The translations under genes and the position numbers were made by a program. From assembly GCA_973895155.1 (NCBI GenBank), contig OZ316895.1:6034687-6098686 (forward strand): a stretch of DNA of 64,000 nucleotides. Direction: 5' to 3'. This stretch comes from Marsupella aquatica (taxonomy: Eukaryota > Plantae > Marchantiophyta). The stretch's first letter is position 1. The number at the start of each line of letters is the position of its first letter. The notes beneath the pieces were generated by a model. That model saw nothing but the letters and a program-made list of their open reading frames with translations. It did not search any database and had not been told where the DNA came from. Positions 25,645 to 40,030 of the stretch are shown here, piece by piece.

Positions 25645-25884
25645 ATATTAAACTTGTGTCACACCTTATGAAGCACTGAAGGTCTGAAGCAGTATAGGGC
25701 AGTCTCTCGCATGTAGACCGTCCTGGAAAAACGGCCCTTTAGAAAATTGGTTATTGGTGACAGGCTCTGAATGAGACAGACTTGCCCCCTCCTGAGACAG
25801 TCCTATGCGGCAGTCCTATGGCAGTAGCAGAGGACTTTGGAGGGCAAGGGGAGTAAACTTTCCAGTCCTTCACCTCCAGACCGT

Positions 25885-26640
25885 TTATATTTGAATAAGA
25901 AAGATAAGATAATAGAAACCAGTTTCCATAGCAAACCTTTTATATTTGAATAAGAAAGATAAGATAATAGAAACTACTTTCCATAGCAAATTTTTTATGT
26001 TTGAATAAGAAAGATAAGATAATAAAAACCAGTTTCCATAGCAAACTTTTTATATTTGAATAAGAAAGATAAGATAATAAAGACCAGTTTCCTTAGCAAA
26101 CCGATACCATTGAGCAGCGCGATACGGCAGAGAGACCAGGATACTATGGCAACAGATTACATGCCTTTGTGCTAGCAGATTCTGTGGAGATTTGCTCACA
26201 CTTTTGCCAGACAACTTCAGTAGTATTAAGGGATGACTTTCTGAAGACCTTGCACATGCAAGACAACCATCTTGCAAGTGGGAGGTCCTCAAAAGACCTG
26301 TCCCTAAAGTAACTTATGGCAATGTATGAGTGAATGAGACTTTCATGAGAAAGATAAGATAATAGAAACCAGTTTCCATAGCAAACCTGTACAATTGAGC
26401 AGCGGGATACGGATACGGCAAAGAGACCAGGATACTGCAGCAACAGGTTACATGCCTTTGTGCTAGCAGATTCTGTGGAGATTTGCTCAGCACTTTTGCC
26501 AGACAATTCCTTAGTAGGAAGGATTGATTTTCTGAAGACCTTGCACATGCAAGACAACCATCTCGCAAGTGGGAGGTCCTCAAAAGAACAATCCCTAAAA
26601 TAACTTATGGCAATGTATGAGTGAATGAGACTTTTCATGT
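25885..26640. repeat. About 54-bp tandem array (x4) running into a ~290-bp tandem duplication
   Basis: TTTGAATAAGAAAGATAAGATAAT...CAGTTTCC..AGCAAA is repeated; about 26065-26345 resembles 26348-26638. Confidence 0.85.
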
Positions 26641-27055
26641 CTCACCCCTCGTGAGGCTGGCTTGATCAGGAACATTTAAAGAGATGCAGGGGCAAAGCCC
26701 AACAACTTTTTGGCCTTTCACTTCCCTACTATAGCATTTTGAAACAAAACAAAATAATAAAACTTTACAGATTTTGGTTTATTAACTCAGCTGCCTGTGA
26801 AACAAGGCCCTCTGAAATCAAAGTGGAAACAACTACCAAGAACAGGCAAAGCCTTCGGCTCTTCAGCCCTTACACCACTGCGCGCAGCGCGCAGATTCTG
26901 TAGAGAAAGGCAATCTGCTTTTTTCCGACAATAGAGGACCTAATGGTTGTAAAAGAGAGGACCCTTCACATGCAAGACTGCCCTTAATGTTTAGAGCCAA
27001 CTTGCATGTAGGTGGCCCTCTATTTTGCTGCCTCAAAATACCTGATGTCATGATA

Positions 27056-27367
27056 TCATTCAGTGAGACTTTCATGCCCTCGTCTGGGCCCTGATAAGGC
27101 AGGCCTGCCTAGTATACTTATGTGGAGATCATTCAGTGAGACTTTCATGCCCTTCTAGGCAGGCCTGACTACATCTCATGTGGAGATCATTCACTGAGAC
27201 TTTCATGCCCTCCTAAGGCGGGCCTGACTACATCTCATGTTGGAGAGCCAAGGGCAAAGGCTGAAACTTTCCTGCCCTCCTTAGGCAGGCCTGACTACAT
27301 CTCATGTGGACATCATTCAGTAGAGACTTTCATGCCCTCCTAAGGCAGGCCTGACGACATCTCATGT
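27056..27367. repeat. Tandem array of ~58-70-bp units (about 5 copies)
   Basis: Recurrent CATTCAGTGAGACTTTCATGCCC...AGGCAGGCCTGACTACATCTCATGT. Confidence 0.85.
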
Positions 27368-30300
27368 TCCGGACTGCCTTGAGACATTTGCACACATCAC
27401 ACTTTTCCCCAAAAGTGCAGCAAGTGCAATTGGGAAAATTCTTGAGGGCTGCCCACAAGCAAGTTGGCCCTTAAGTATTTTTCTTTATGCCAGCGTGGCA
27501 AATGAATTTCATCCCTTAGAAAAGATTATTCTTACAGAAATGCTAAAAATCTTCTTTAAATAATTATGTTGAATTATACCATTACATAGAAACTTAGATT
27601 TAAAGATAACCATTTCTGACTGCACCATCTACCTAAATTAGTATCATGATTTTTTTTCACTCTCCCTGTCTAAATAGTCTCACACACTATATAGGCTGTG
27701 ACTATAAAGCTCAAAAACTAAAATAGATAGATTCATTGTTAGTCTCCTATGGATTAATAAAATTTGTATCAAGAATGCCTGCCAGAATTGAGGACAAAAT
27801 GAGGTGAGTGGAATTTGGCAAACTTTGGCCATCAGAAAAACATACGTATTCGCCAGTAATAGAGGGTCTCAAATTTGGATTGTGGATATACTGGAGAACA
27901 AAAGTGTGGGCTAGGCTCTGTGGGGTAACTGCACATCAAAATATGATATATAGTGAATACAACATTCCTCCATACCATGATAAATCTCATTAAGTTTTTT
28001 AAATCAATGAGTGCAGGCCATATATGACCTACAGGGCTCTCTGAGAGATGCACATGACTGGCCATAACCCAGACTGCCATGACTCTCTGAGGGATGCAAA
28101 TTTTTGGCCATAGGTCCCAGACTGAACCCAGACTGGCATGAGACTGCCCGCGAGTCATATTTGAGACCCCCCTAATGATGGAGGGCCTGTGCAAGACTGA
28201 GCAATTCATCATCACAGGTATGACTGAGGGATATATCGTTTCTTACACGGAAAGGCCACAGCAGGCGAGCGTCCTCCACCAACAGTGGCCATTCCGTTAA
28301 TAATGGCATGCCTGGAGCATTTTAAACATTCACTGAACTGAAGAAAAAAGACATGGGCACTTCGCAAGGGAGCCCACTTGTGTCCAAGTTGATGAGCAGT
28401 GGAGGCCCTGAAGCTTCTGTACCATACACAGACGAGTTTTTTGTGGCAAGATGGCTGTGTTCGAATGCAACGATGCCGATTGGTGCAGATGGGCAGAACA
28501 TCAGCTGCTTCATTGGCCTGAGCACTTCTGAAGTACCTAATAAGTCGGTGTGACTGCCAGATAGAATAAATGCACGGTCAACACCTGCCTCCCCTAAAAA
28601 AAAAACATTTCTCCCGGTTCTGTCGATGCTGATGAGTCATGGGAGATGTTGCAGGAGAAAAGGATTATTTTACACCAGCTCAGCAGCTCCACTTCTCCAC
28701 CGGTATATACAGTGGAGCATGAAAGTTTCCACACTGTCCTGTACTCTCGCCTGTACGTTACACACTAATAACTAAATCTCCTGTAATGCACGTCGAGATG
28801 GCACATCCTGGAGGATTGAAACTGCCAAATCTCCAGGCATGAGCTTACCGAATTGTCATAAGTTGACTTGCCAACTCCAATGGGGAGGCTTCAATCATGC
28901 ATGCCACAAACGCGCTCTACCTAATTGAAAAAACGACGAAAATGCTTTTTTTTAGTTTGTCTTCACCTCGTGTTGTCGTTGATTTGTCTCCACAGCGATG
29001 CTGTCTGTCTATTTTCCATTGATGCGAATCGGACACTCAGCAAACCCGGGAATTACAGTCACGGCCGGGCTCGTGTTAACTCCACAGACGGTTGTCGACC
29101 AAACAGCTGGAGTTTTGGAGGGAGCCTGCGGAGATTCGATCAATCACGCCAGCGGAAAGCCACCACGTAATCCTCCGAACAAATAGTTTCGACAATTGGG
29201 ATTTCTTCTATCGACGGACACGTTACAGATCAGCAGACTGGTGCTCGAGAATCGAGTGCAGGTCGGTGTGGAGTCCGGAAAACTGGAACTCTGGAACTCT
29301 GGAGTCTGTTGGAACTAAATTACTGTTGTCGTGCTTGTGGTGTTTGTTCGATAGTGCGGCATGATTGAATAATTGAACCGCAGCGCAAGTCAGCGACGCA
29401 AACCGAGGCGTACGTGCCTGGTCGGTGCCTACAAAGGTCGGCCTGGAAGCAGCCAATAGGGGGCGCCAAGTGCAGCGGCCCACGTGACGGGCCTTGTGAT
29501 CAGATGGTGGCCGAGGTGATATGGTAATATTATGGTTTGCAGGCATAGCCAGTTGTAAGGATGTGAGTGATCTTACTGGCCAAAGAAATGAAATCAGGTG
29601 ACTGGCTCTCTCATTTAGAATCTTCAATACACATTCTGCAATTTGATTACTAAGAATCAAATGAATTCAATCCAATCATGTGTCAAGCGTGAGTAGCTAT
29701 AATTATTCATTAGACTTCTCCTAAATGAAATGACTTACTGAGGTTGCAATCGACCAAACTCACTCGCTCCAGTGTTATTGTCCAAACTCAATGGCTCCGG
29801 TGTTATTAAACAAGATTATTGATGCAATCTAATTGTGAAAATACTTACTGAGAACTGATCAACAGGTGGTCGAAAAACCACAAACTCAAGCGTGTGTCAA
29901 ATTTGGCCAGATCTGTAGAGACGTCGAGTTCTGATTGCTTCTCCTGCGAAATTCTTGCCTATTCAACATGCACTGAGGTCGTAAAGAGGGAGATGGGTTT
30001 CTCAAATCAAATATTTTGAAAGCTAATAATGTTGGAGGAAAAACAGAAAGGGAAGGGAGCCAAGGCAATCCCATGATTGTGTTTCTGATTTATGTTGTTG
30101 TTGAAGGAAGAGATGCTACTAAGAAATGATATGATCGTAGGAAATGTGAAACACGTTTGCTCCAAAATCGTGTCAAGCCTTTGGTACTGCAATCTAGTCA
30201 GGTGGAACTGTAGAGGTGATCCAAATCTGCCTGTGGAAACTCCTCCAGAGGAACTGCTCACCTCAATCAAGCTAAAACCCATCAGCTCAATTTCAAGGAA

Positions 30301-31289
30301 AAAAAAAGAGAAAAAAATTCAAGGAAAAACCATCAGCTCAATCAAGCTAAAATCCATAAGAGACATTGAGAATTGGAGCAACTCAGTGAAATGTCCACTC
30401 ATGTGTGAACTCTGGATCATGATCATGATCATGATCATGGAAACAGTCGCAAGTTAAGTTGAGCCTCTGTTCTCTCCGCTGGCTGTAGTTGATATATTGC
30501 CTTGCTTTCGGATGAAAGAGCGTACAATGAAACACAGATTCGTGAACTGTGATTCGCATGCGGATTCCTTTACGACAACAAGACAAGTAGTCATTTGAGA
30601 GGATTCACATTTAAATATTTTGGAAAACTTTTTCTATGAACGCATTTATATTTTGTACAATAGTGAGGTCTACTGTTTCGGTATAAGATTTATTTAACAA
30701 GAATTCTTTTGCACAATCTCGATTGCCAAGTTTTATGTAAGTTCCGAACCTTTACAACATCGTTGCTGTTAATTAACCATAATTCGTCTGAAACTTGAAT
30801 ATGATAGATGAATGTTGGGAAAAACTTTGAACATGCGTGTACACAAATGATTGATTGCATCGGTGTCGGAGCTTCTCGTGGTCGGTGCCAGCATTCGGTG
30901 ACAGCACGTTTTGGAGCTAGCTGTCACTCCCTGGAATACTTAGAATCGCCAATGGAGTTGAGATAAAAAGGAATCCTGGCCGTTTTTCTGGAACTGACAT
31001 TGGGTTTAACGAACAGTTTGACATCAAGCTCGTCGTTAGTCTTGTTTGAATTATCCTTGCTAATGTCCACTCCATGCAGGTACGGGTTTCGTTGCACGCA
31101 TCTCGTTGCTACAAGGGTGCTGTTTCAGTTTTTCAGCACTACTGTCTATTGAGTGATCACAAGTATTTGAGAACAGCTTGTATGTTGTGCATTGGATTAT
31201 TTTAGCCATTAAAGGGAATCAATATAATGGTCACAAACTATTACATATTGACAGTATTGGATTCATAGGTTCATTGATTTTTCTTTTGT

Positions 31290-31373
31290 TTGATTTGATT
31301 TGATTTGATTTGATTTGATTTGATTTGATTTTCTTCTCTCTTTTTTTCTTTTTTTTCTTTTTTTTCTTTTTTT
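31290..31373. repeat. (TTTGA)n microsatellite followed by a polypyrimidine tract
   Basis: Direct inspection. Confidence 0.9.
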
Positions 31374-34300
31374 CATCGCACTTTGTTTGGCCCTCTTTTG
31401 TAAATTGGTCTATTTACTCAACTCGAAACTTGTCGTTGAATTGTAATATTAGAGCGCATAGCAAGGGAGAAGAATTCAGACCAACAAATGATCTGATTAT
31501 TTTGCCGAACAGTTTCCAACGGGCTTTCTACCAGTACGTCCAGCTAGATTTAGACCATCGGCTGCCTGGCGCTGTAATGTTCCTGCACTTTGTGTGAATT
31601 CAGGGCCGAGATGAAGCATGTAATTCAAACTCAGGTAATGCTCTGTAAAAGCTTGAACGCCAATTGAAAGGGCTTTTGGGACCTTCGATGTTTTTGTGAT
31701 CTCATGGGGTTCTTTCCCATAGTATTGGGTCCCCAAATACAGCTTCACGGCAAGCTGCTCAATTCTGCTCCAGGACCTTTCATCCAGGCAGGCCGGGTCT
31801 GGATAGTGTGGACAGTACTCATAAATGTTGGAGCTATCAGTTGAGTTAAAGCAATTATAATTTTCAATCATTACATCTTGCAGTCTATCTAAGCGCAAAC
31901 ACCTACTTTCTCCTTTTGAGCAAGTGTATTATTTAAAAGCTCTTGAAGGTATCTACTACAATAAATTTGTGAGATGGGCGTATTAAATTTGTGGCGTGTG
32001 GAAGGAGTCGGGTTTGTTACAGCATTTCTTGGCAGAAACAATAACAACGACAAATTAAAGTACAAGAGCTGCAAACCTACCGTTCGAGACAAAAGGAACG
32101 AAAGCACAAGAACTGCTAGTTCTAATGCGCTTTAGCAATTCTCTAATCGTGATCTTTCCGTTAAAGACTTTCGCCGACTCTGGCTGTCGTATCACAATTA
32201 TCTCATCCTTTGATTGACAGGCTCGCTTTTGACATAGACTTGACTATGTCAATGGTCTCGAAATGGAACCTCAAAAGTTTTCGTGGCCCAGACGTTTCCT
32301 TTATGTTTATTAAGGACTATTTCGCTAAGCGGATTCTGCCTTCCCAATCAGAGAATTTATAGAGTAGTTCTTACGCTTATGCCTTGGGATCTGAACGTTA
32401 AGCAGAAACTCATTCAATAATTTGACCCCTTTTGCTCATGCGGGTCTAGATGGTCTGGATTGTACTCTCATTGCAATACCTTTGTTTTACTCCAGCCGAT
32501 GAGTCAAGTTACATCAATTACTTGTAATCATTACATCTTGCATCTATCATGGCCGATGCACAAACACCTACTGTACTTCTTTCTCTTTTGGATCAATACT
32601 ATATTTTACACAGTTACACAAGTGTTGTTTTAAACAATGATAACAACTACGTAATATAACCAAAGCACTGCCGCAAATTTGGTGTCTTGTAGTGTCAGCT
32701 TGAGGTCACACATCAAACTTCATCTTTCCATCAACAGATCAACGACCACAAGACACTCTATATTCAAACACACGTAAATCCAGTTCCCTTTCCATTCAAG
32801 TCATCTAGGAAAATTTAGTGGGAAGACTCTGGTTCCCTTACCCATATTGTCTACGATAAGTTGGTGCTTAGGTACACAAGCAGATAAGTGCACTTTAACC
32901 CAAAAGTATCAAGATCTGACTAGTGAGGCCATGTTACAAATGTAAACATGTATATGAGAATGACAAGTAGACTTATTATATAATTTCAGGCAGATACTAA
33001 ATGAACGAGTACTTGAGCATGCACCCAGTCAACCTGGCATTCTACGCAGATTCGAGATTTTGGATGTAAACTTGTAAAAAGCCTAGGAAGGCAGCTTGAT
33101 GAAGATATTTTGACTGTTTGAAACGTCTTCCAATTATGAATCTAGATTCGGACATCCTCAAGAGGGCGTATCTTCTCTTCAGTTCTGGTTTTCCAAGGGA
33201 AGCGAGATTTCTGTCTGTAATAGTCAAGAGCCAATACATACATTCCGTTTGTTCAGTAGCTTATCAGTTTGTGGGTCAATCATATCTCTTTTGCGTATTC
33301 CTGTTTTAGCTGATTTTAATCTACAGTAGTCCAGATTCGTTTGAAATCGCTCGTCAAATCTCGTGGCTCAAGGAGTTCTGTATGGAATTCAGGTTCTAGA
33401 GAGTGCATCCTGCATTCTCTCTTGACTGAAATATCTTTTTATGGAAGATCTGCAGATATCTATGCTGTCACGTCCCCATTTCTTAGATCATGTCTCGAAA
33501 TAAACTGAACAGCTAGGATTTCAGAAAGAAATAAACACAGTGGGAGCTGTGATCTGTAATCAGTCTTCGATTCCACAGAGCAGTTCCGTTGCGCACCGAG
33601 ATAGACCAAGTCCTGATAGCTTGAGAAGAGTCCCATGTGTAGTGGGGCTGTGCCAATGGCACCTTACGGTTGCTGAAACGATGAACTTCGTCTAGTTTCA
33701 CCAGCACTCACAGCCGAGCATATTTCGCAGAATGCCCGGCAGAGTGCTTGTGAGCCATTCATACAAATTTTTTATCCTCTCGTCAGGCTTGTTCGCAGCA
33801 GCTGAATTACCAGCTCTATCACATGTGCAGCTGTTATTTTTTGAATGCCTTTCAGAGGAACATTTTCTTGCAAACTGCGAGACCCTAAACTTGTCAAACA
33901 CACAAACCTGGTAGAGTGAGAAGAGCGCCATCTGATGTGAGCCCGTTCAGTGGCACGGTTTTAGATGGCTAGCACTTTTGTAATAGTGATATCTGACGTG
34001 GAGGGTCGGCCATTCATAGCAGATTTTCGTCATTTCGCCACCCATGGCCCCAGCATATGAACTGCTAGCCATCACCTATGCAGCAGCCCCTCTTTTCGTG
34101 CGTTTTACAAGACTTTTCTTGCAGATTATAGTTTGGACATGAAAGTTTTCAGTGCATGGGAAGAGTCCCAGGAGTATGCTACCATGTTCAACGGCACTAT
34201 TGCTGGCGAAATCCATTTTATGATGTCTTGCCCAGGAAAGGATGAATAACTAGATGTATGAAGACCTAGGGGACACTGTTGGGACAAAGTTGAACACCGA

Positions 34301-34644
34301 TTCCGTCAGAGATTTCCGTTGTACAACTATTCCTTCAGAGCCCTCAGTCACAAATAGGGCCAAAAGGACGAGAAGCCACAGGTATATCGCACACCTTACT
34401 CCAACAGTCTTTACCATTTCGATGCTGCAAGTGGACATTTTCAGTAGAACAAAAAGGACTAAGCATTACGATAGAGAAGCTCAATGAAGAATATACAATC
34501 CTTCAGAAAGGCGTTCTAAAGAAACCTTGCAGGATTGGTATGGCACAATTCGGAGTGGATCTCCAAACATTCACATTTCTATGTCCAGTTGAGAGTTGCA
34601 GAATTTGGGCTATGGTCACATTGTAAGAAACCGTCATCAAGCTT

Positions 34645-36490
34645 TCACTTCTTGTCCGTTTGACCTGTTGAGCACAAGTTGACATAAGAGTGATTGATTT
34701 CCGATTACAGCACTGTATTCTAAGAATTAAACAGTGACCCTACATTATCAAGCCACCTACTCTGTGATCACAATGAGATTATTCGATTTGAGCCTCTAGT
34801 CCAAAACGGAAAAAGTTAAATCCTGGGTAACAAGGATCTAGTGTTGCTCGGAGCACCGGATATAGATTGCAAGATTATGATGAGATCCAAGCAATTTGAA
34901 ATTCGCAAGTCCACAAATACATATATAAAGCAAATTGGGACTTTGTAACCAAACTATCTTTTCGTAGTCTCAACTCAATATGCAGCTCTTCCGACGACAC
35001 GGTCAACGAAAATTGTTTACCGTAAGTGAACGCAGCTCGCATCTAAACGCATTATGATTCATGGAGGCCAGTCAGTGGACTCTGTGCTGGACCAGCTAGA
35101 ATACACCATGATCCTGGACCGAACTATGAAGCCGTCCAGGACAAATTTCTTGCTGTTTGTAAAGTTTTCGTACCCTATCCTGACTTGTTCCAGCATACAG
35201 ATTCAAGCCAATTGCACAGCGGGGGATAGAGAGGCTCACCAATTTTGCCGAGGCCGTTACACGTCCTACAGACGATTTGGGCCTGATCTTTCCTTGCGGC
35301 ATTGGCTCTCAGTGCTCCGGCACCTGTTCCCCGCACAAATCCTGCTCCACCGCACTCTGGGCACCTGACCATATGCAGAGAAGCACTCGATCAGAAAATC
35401 GAGAATTATGGTGCTTTTAACCCTTGCAGTATTGTTGAAGAAGCGGATGACAAGATGCGGAGTTCATCGGAGTGACATTTCGGTTTCCCGGGCCCTCCCT
35501 ACCTTGCAGCATAGGCTTTCAAGCTGTTCCTCAGAATATGGCCTCCACTACCTTCCGTAATCTAGTTGGATCAATCTCTTGAAAAATGAGTACCGTCAAC
35601 ATCATTCCCATAAAACCCGTATCTGATCGCCAATTTCAGATAGCATTTTCCGTCAGCATTTCATGTTTACGTTATTATCTCATTCTCGCTCTTCACAACA
35701 ACAATAACAACAATCTCATTTTCGATCTTTCTTCCCTAAAAACAGATTCAATTTTCTTGTCCTGAAGCTGGGCTAGTTACGGGTACAGCAACTCATACAT
35801 TTACGCCTCATAAATGTAATTGCCTCGATTCCTCTATTGTCAATCAAGGTGCACGTTTTAATTCAAGATTGACAGTTGGAAAGTGGGTGATAGATGTTCC
35901 CCTCAGCTCCTATCACAATCATTACCCCACTTGAATTGTAACCACAAAATGCAGCTGGAATCGAGAAGACATACGAAGTGTTGCATAGACACAATTCAGG
36001 CATATCGTGCTCTGTTCTTTACAGTCCGAGGCGCCATCCAAATCAACCCAATCCAATCCAATCCAGTATAAAATCTCGGACACATGTCACGAGGTTACTA
36101 GAAAACTATCACTACTAACCAAATCAACCTCCATAGTTGTCCTCGTGAAAGCAAATCAGAGCCAAAAGTTGCGACTTACGTGTCTTTCCGAGAGAAGACA
36201 AACGGCAATGCAGTACCAAGGAGCGCAATGGCGACCGCCCCAGCAATCAGATAAGTGTTACCAGCCTCCGAAACATCACCCACAGCACACACCACTCGGG
36301 ATTTCCTTACTCCGACTCGTTCCCTAACAACCTGCTTCAAACTCAGGAAGCTCATCCTCCCTCCCATGGCTCCCCCGCATTTCCCTCCTCGGCAATTCAG
36401 GCCCCCATCGAAGCTACGAATCGTCGACGAGCTCTTGGTGACGCTCGAGGCCAGCACAACTTGCATTTGGGGGAGAGTAATGGACGCCAT
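34645..36490 (-). CDS. FIP: FIP-like (FtsH5-interacting protein) DnaJ-type zinc-finger thylakoid membrane protein; exons 36490-36180, 35364-35240, 34664-34645
   Basis: Transit peptide, then AVGDVSEAGNTYLIAGAVAIALLGTALPFVFSRKDT|CPECGGAGFVR...LRANAARKDQAQIVCRTCNGLGKI|GQTDKK*. Two CxxCxGxG motifs and canonical GT-AG junctions. It matches my recollection of Arabidopsis At5g02160. Confidence 0.85.
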
Positions 36491-38095
36491 TGTGAGCTCC
36501 TTCGTGACTGAATTCCTTTCTACCACCTACAGAACCAGAGAGTGCGAATCCAAGAGACCCGTCAAACTAGACAGCACAGGAGACACAGAGCAGAGCAATT
36601 CTGTACTACACTCCTTGAATTGCAAACGGTTCTTGCTCTCAATTTAGTGGGTGATGGGCAATGCCAGCTCCATGGATTGTATCGGCATATTGAGAGCTGG
36701 GCGACATGATGACTGTGGGTGAAGCTGCAGATGATGATAATGATGGCCTTCGCAGATTTGGCAACTTGTGGAATAGTTATGGTGCTGATTTGGATTGCTC
36801 CCCCGGGCCACGTCGTCGAGGACATGTGGGCGATTCATGGGCTTCCAACAGGATGTTGTGAGATAAGATAGTGGATAAGGAGCTCGAGCTTTTTCCGGTC
36901 TGCTCTCCATTTTGTTGAGTCAGACAGGTTTTGCCTTTAATTTTGCCTATTAGGCCAAGGTGGTCAATAGGAGGTCTCAAAACCTCATAATTTGATGGAC
37001 CTTCACTTAGTAGTGCTTCATAATTTGATGGACCTTATGGACCTTCACTTAGTAGTGCCCTTTTGGCCGTGGTGGTCAATACTGGGTCTCAAACCCTCAA
37101 AATTTCATGCTAGGTAATTTTGTAGTTAATGTTATGGAGAGAAGACTGGTCACATTTATGCATGTAGAGGCTAGTAACAAATAAAATAAGTTTACGGAAC
37201 CCTGTGAAATAGCTATAGCCATTTATTTATGGCCAAAAGCCATCATCCACAACTTTGAAGGTTTTAGATGCCCAGTTAGATGTCACCTTGGATGGGAGAA
37301 GATGCTAAGAAATGTCACTTATCTAATTTTCTTAGACTAATTTGTGACCCTAGATTGAAGGACAACTTTCAGATTCTGGCTAATGGGACCTGTGGCTACA
37401 TGGGAAAGTGGCTAATTGACTACAAAAAGCCTTAAGTTACAATTTTTTGGAAAGTTGCAAGGACCATTTGTGAGGTGGAATTTGTCAAATTTCAGTCATT
37501 GAAAGAATGCTGACTCATGCACTTAGCAAGTAAAGAACCTAAGTTGAAGTCACTGACATAGATAGTCTCTTGATGAAGAACGTTTTGATTTTTAAATGCT
37601 TGTAGTGGTCATTTTACCATCTAAACAGCATAATATGTAATTATGCTCTTTCTTTCTTGTGGTCTGTTTACCAAATGTCATTATCATGGGAAATGGATTA
37701 AAGTACCACTGTGTACATTTCCATTCCCAGTCTCTCTCCCCCTCACAGCTCGCACACTCTTTGAAATCTAGTTGCGGGACTGCCTTGCGTACTCCCGACA
37801 GAATCCAACTGCCTAGTCATAGCTCTTATGATCAATGACAATTTCACTCAGCATTACTTACTGTTAACAATATTGGGCGATGCAGGGCACTGGGCTAATA
37901 TTTACTTAAAAATGGGGTTTTCTTGTCTTGTAAACCAGTTGCGAGGCTTGCTCATATGCACTTTCCCTTAACAAAGAAATAATGAATGGAAGCATAGGGT
38001 TCCTTCCCCGCCAGTGCATGGCTCAGTCACTTAGGCTTGGTTTCCTGTGCCCAACCCTAACCAAAAAAAAACCAAAAAAATGATATTGAGGCAGC

Positions 38096-38238
38096 ATATT
38101 GTTTGCCTTGGGAAGTAGACTGAATAGATCCTTTACTTGTATTGGGTGGACACAATGTGGTACCTAATATTGTTTGCCTTGGGAAGTAGACTGAATAGAT
38201 CCTTTACTTGTATTGGGTGGACACAATGTGGTACCTAA
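38096..38238. repeat. Perfect ~71-bp tandem duplication
   Basis: ATATTGTTTGCCTTGGGAAG...GTGGTACCTAA occurs twice in tandem. Confidence 0.9.
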
Positions 38239-40030
38239 ACCTCTGCCCTGTCAAGCCTCTTTGTCTTCTTGGCACAAGGGTAACGGACATTTAAAGTAAT
38301 TGACTTTTGGGCATTGTGATTGGTCTTCTGCTCTGTTCATCATTTGCATGAAATGAAAGAGATTATTTGTAGTATTATTAAAGTTTTCCACAAAGTCCAG
38401 CGTCACAGGCGAGTGGCCTGCAGTCATGTCTGAAATTGAAGTTGAGACTTAGTTTACTCTCCTGGCAGTATACACAAGGGTGAGCCTGAACTCCTTTTGT
38501 CTGCCGGAGAGAAGTCACAAATCGCAAGTCAGTTTATTTACACTCCTTGCAAGGTACACAGGAGTGAGACTGAACTCGTTTCTTCTTCTGCTCGGAAGTC
38601 AGAACTAGTAAGTCAATGTATTTACTGTCACAGGGGTGAGACTGGACTCTATGTCTGTGCTTGGGAAAGTCTCAAATCGGAAGTCAAATTACTCTCCTGG
38701 CAGTGTACATTGGCGAGACTAGAGGCTGTCATGATTCAACCCCAAGGTGAAACGCATTTACCCTGCTGGCAATGTACACAGGGGTCAGACTAGAGGCTGA
38801 ACTCGCTTTTCCTGCTAGGGAGGTCACTAACTTCGAGTCAATTTTAGTGCGGCTGAATGGACCTCAATTTTTGGGAAACTTTACAGGAACTGACCTTTGG
38901 CCTGAAATATTCACCCCTCCTAGAGTTCACCGAAAACTGTATTGTGCCAGGGGATTTCTCATTGTAGTCACTTTAATGAAAGCGGTCTAACTTTCTGTGG
39001 ACATTTGAATGGGACAGAAAGCATTTGCCAACCCCTGAAAGATTCAAAGCTACAGAGAGATTGTGACTTTGCGCCTAGAATCGCTATTATAAACTAGGGA
39101 AACAAGATTGGACAAATGGAAAACTCACCAAAATTTCAATGTGAAGGTTCAAAAATTCAAAAATAGGAACTCAAAACTCAGTCTCTCCTCTTCCGAATCT
39201 GTGGACTCAGCTTGTTCATACTATACCCCATCGAGAATATAACGGGGAATATCATCGAAAGATCGAGCCATTCGTCAGAGCAGATGCCTCAAACAAATTC
39301 CTCCACATCGCTTAATCTGCTGAGAAGAAGATGACAAAACATAACCTCGCTAATAAAGATTTAACGGTATTACTCTATTTAGCAGATTACTTTGTAAGAG
39401 TCTATATCATAATTAGTCCTCCTCCATTAACAGCTTCAAATCGTTTCAATTACGGAGTATATTCTTGCAGACGGGTAGTTGGACTGCTGCGACCAGATTT
39501 GTAAATTGTAGTAAGATCATTTGCACGAATTTACATGGACTGGCACAATTCCCCACAACAAGAAAGGCACAGAGAACTATTTTCTCACTCGAGTTCAATA
39601 TCCCTTCATTCTCGTAGCTCCTCCATCCTCGCCATCTCCATTCGAAGAGAATTTTGCGAGGACCAACCCACATGAACCAGTGACCCCACTGATTTTGAGA
39701 TATCCATAGGTGTCAATTTGCACCTTTAATCCTTGGTGGAAGAAACAGAATCTGACAGCTGAATTTGTCATTGAAGCCCAAACGCGACCTTCACTAGGTC
39801 CACATGAGAGAATAAGTAACTCTCTCTTCCTCTTGATGCAAATGTCGTCAGGTTTCCATTTGAAATTTTGTTGCAAGGTTTGAAGCAGGGTATACCTGAC
39901 CCAGAAAAAAGTGATGATGACAGCAAGGGAGAGCCATTTGGGAGAACCGAGCCGGTGCCCGTTTTGACTGCTAGCAGCATTGTCCATGACGTGGAAAGAG
40001 CATCCTAGATTCAGAGATCATGGGAGAAGC

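Noticed and set aside
26050-26638. ORFs of 80-164 aa with internal repeats
   Set aside because: They are by-products of the ~290-bp tandem duplication and show no recognisable domain.
35174-35240. FIP ending by read-through of exon 2 (GEPLYPP...)
   Set aside because: A GTGAG donor after 35240 and a micro-exon at 34664-34645 give GQTDKK*, which matches the conserved family C-terminus better.
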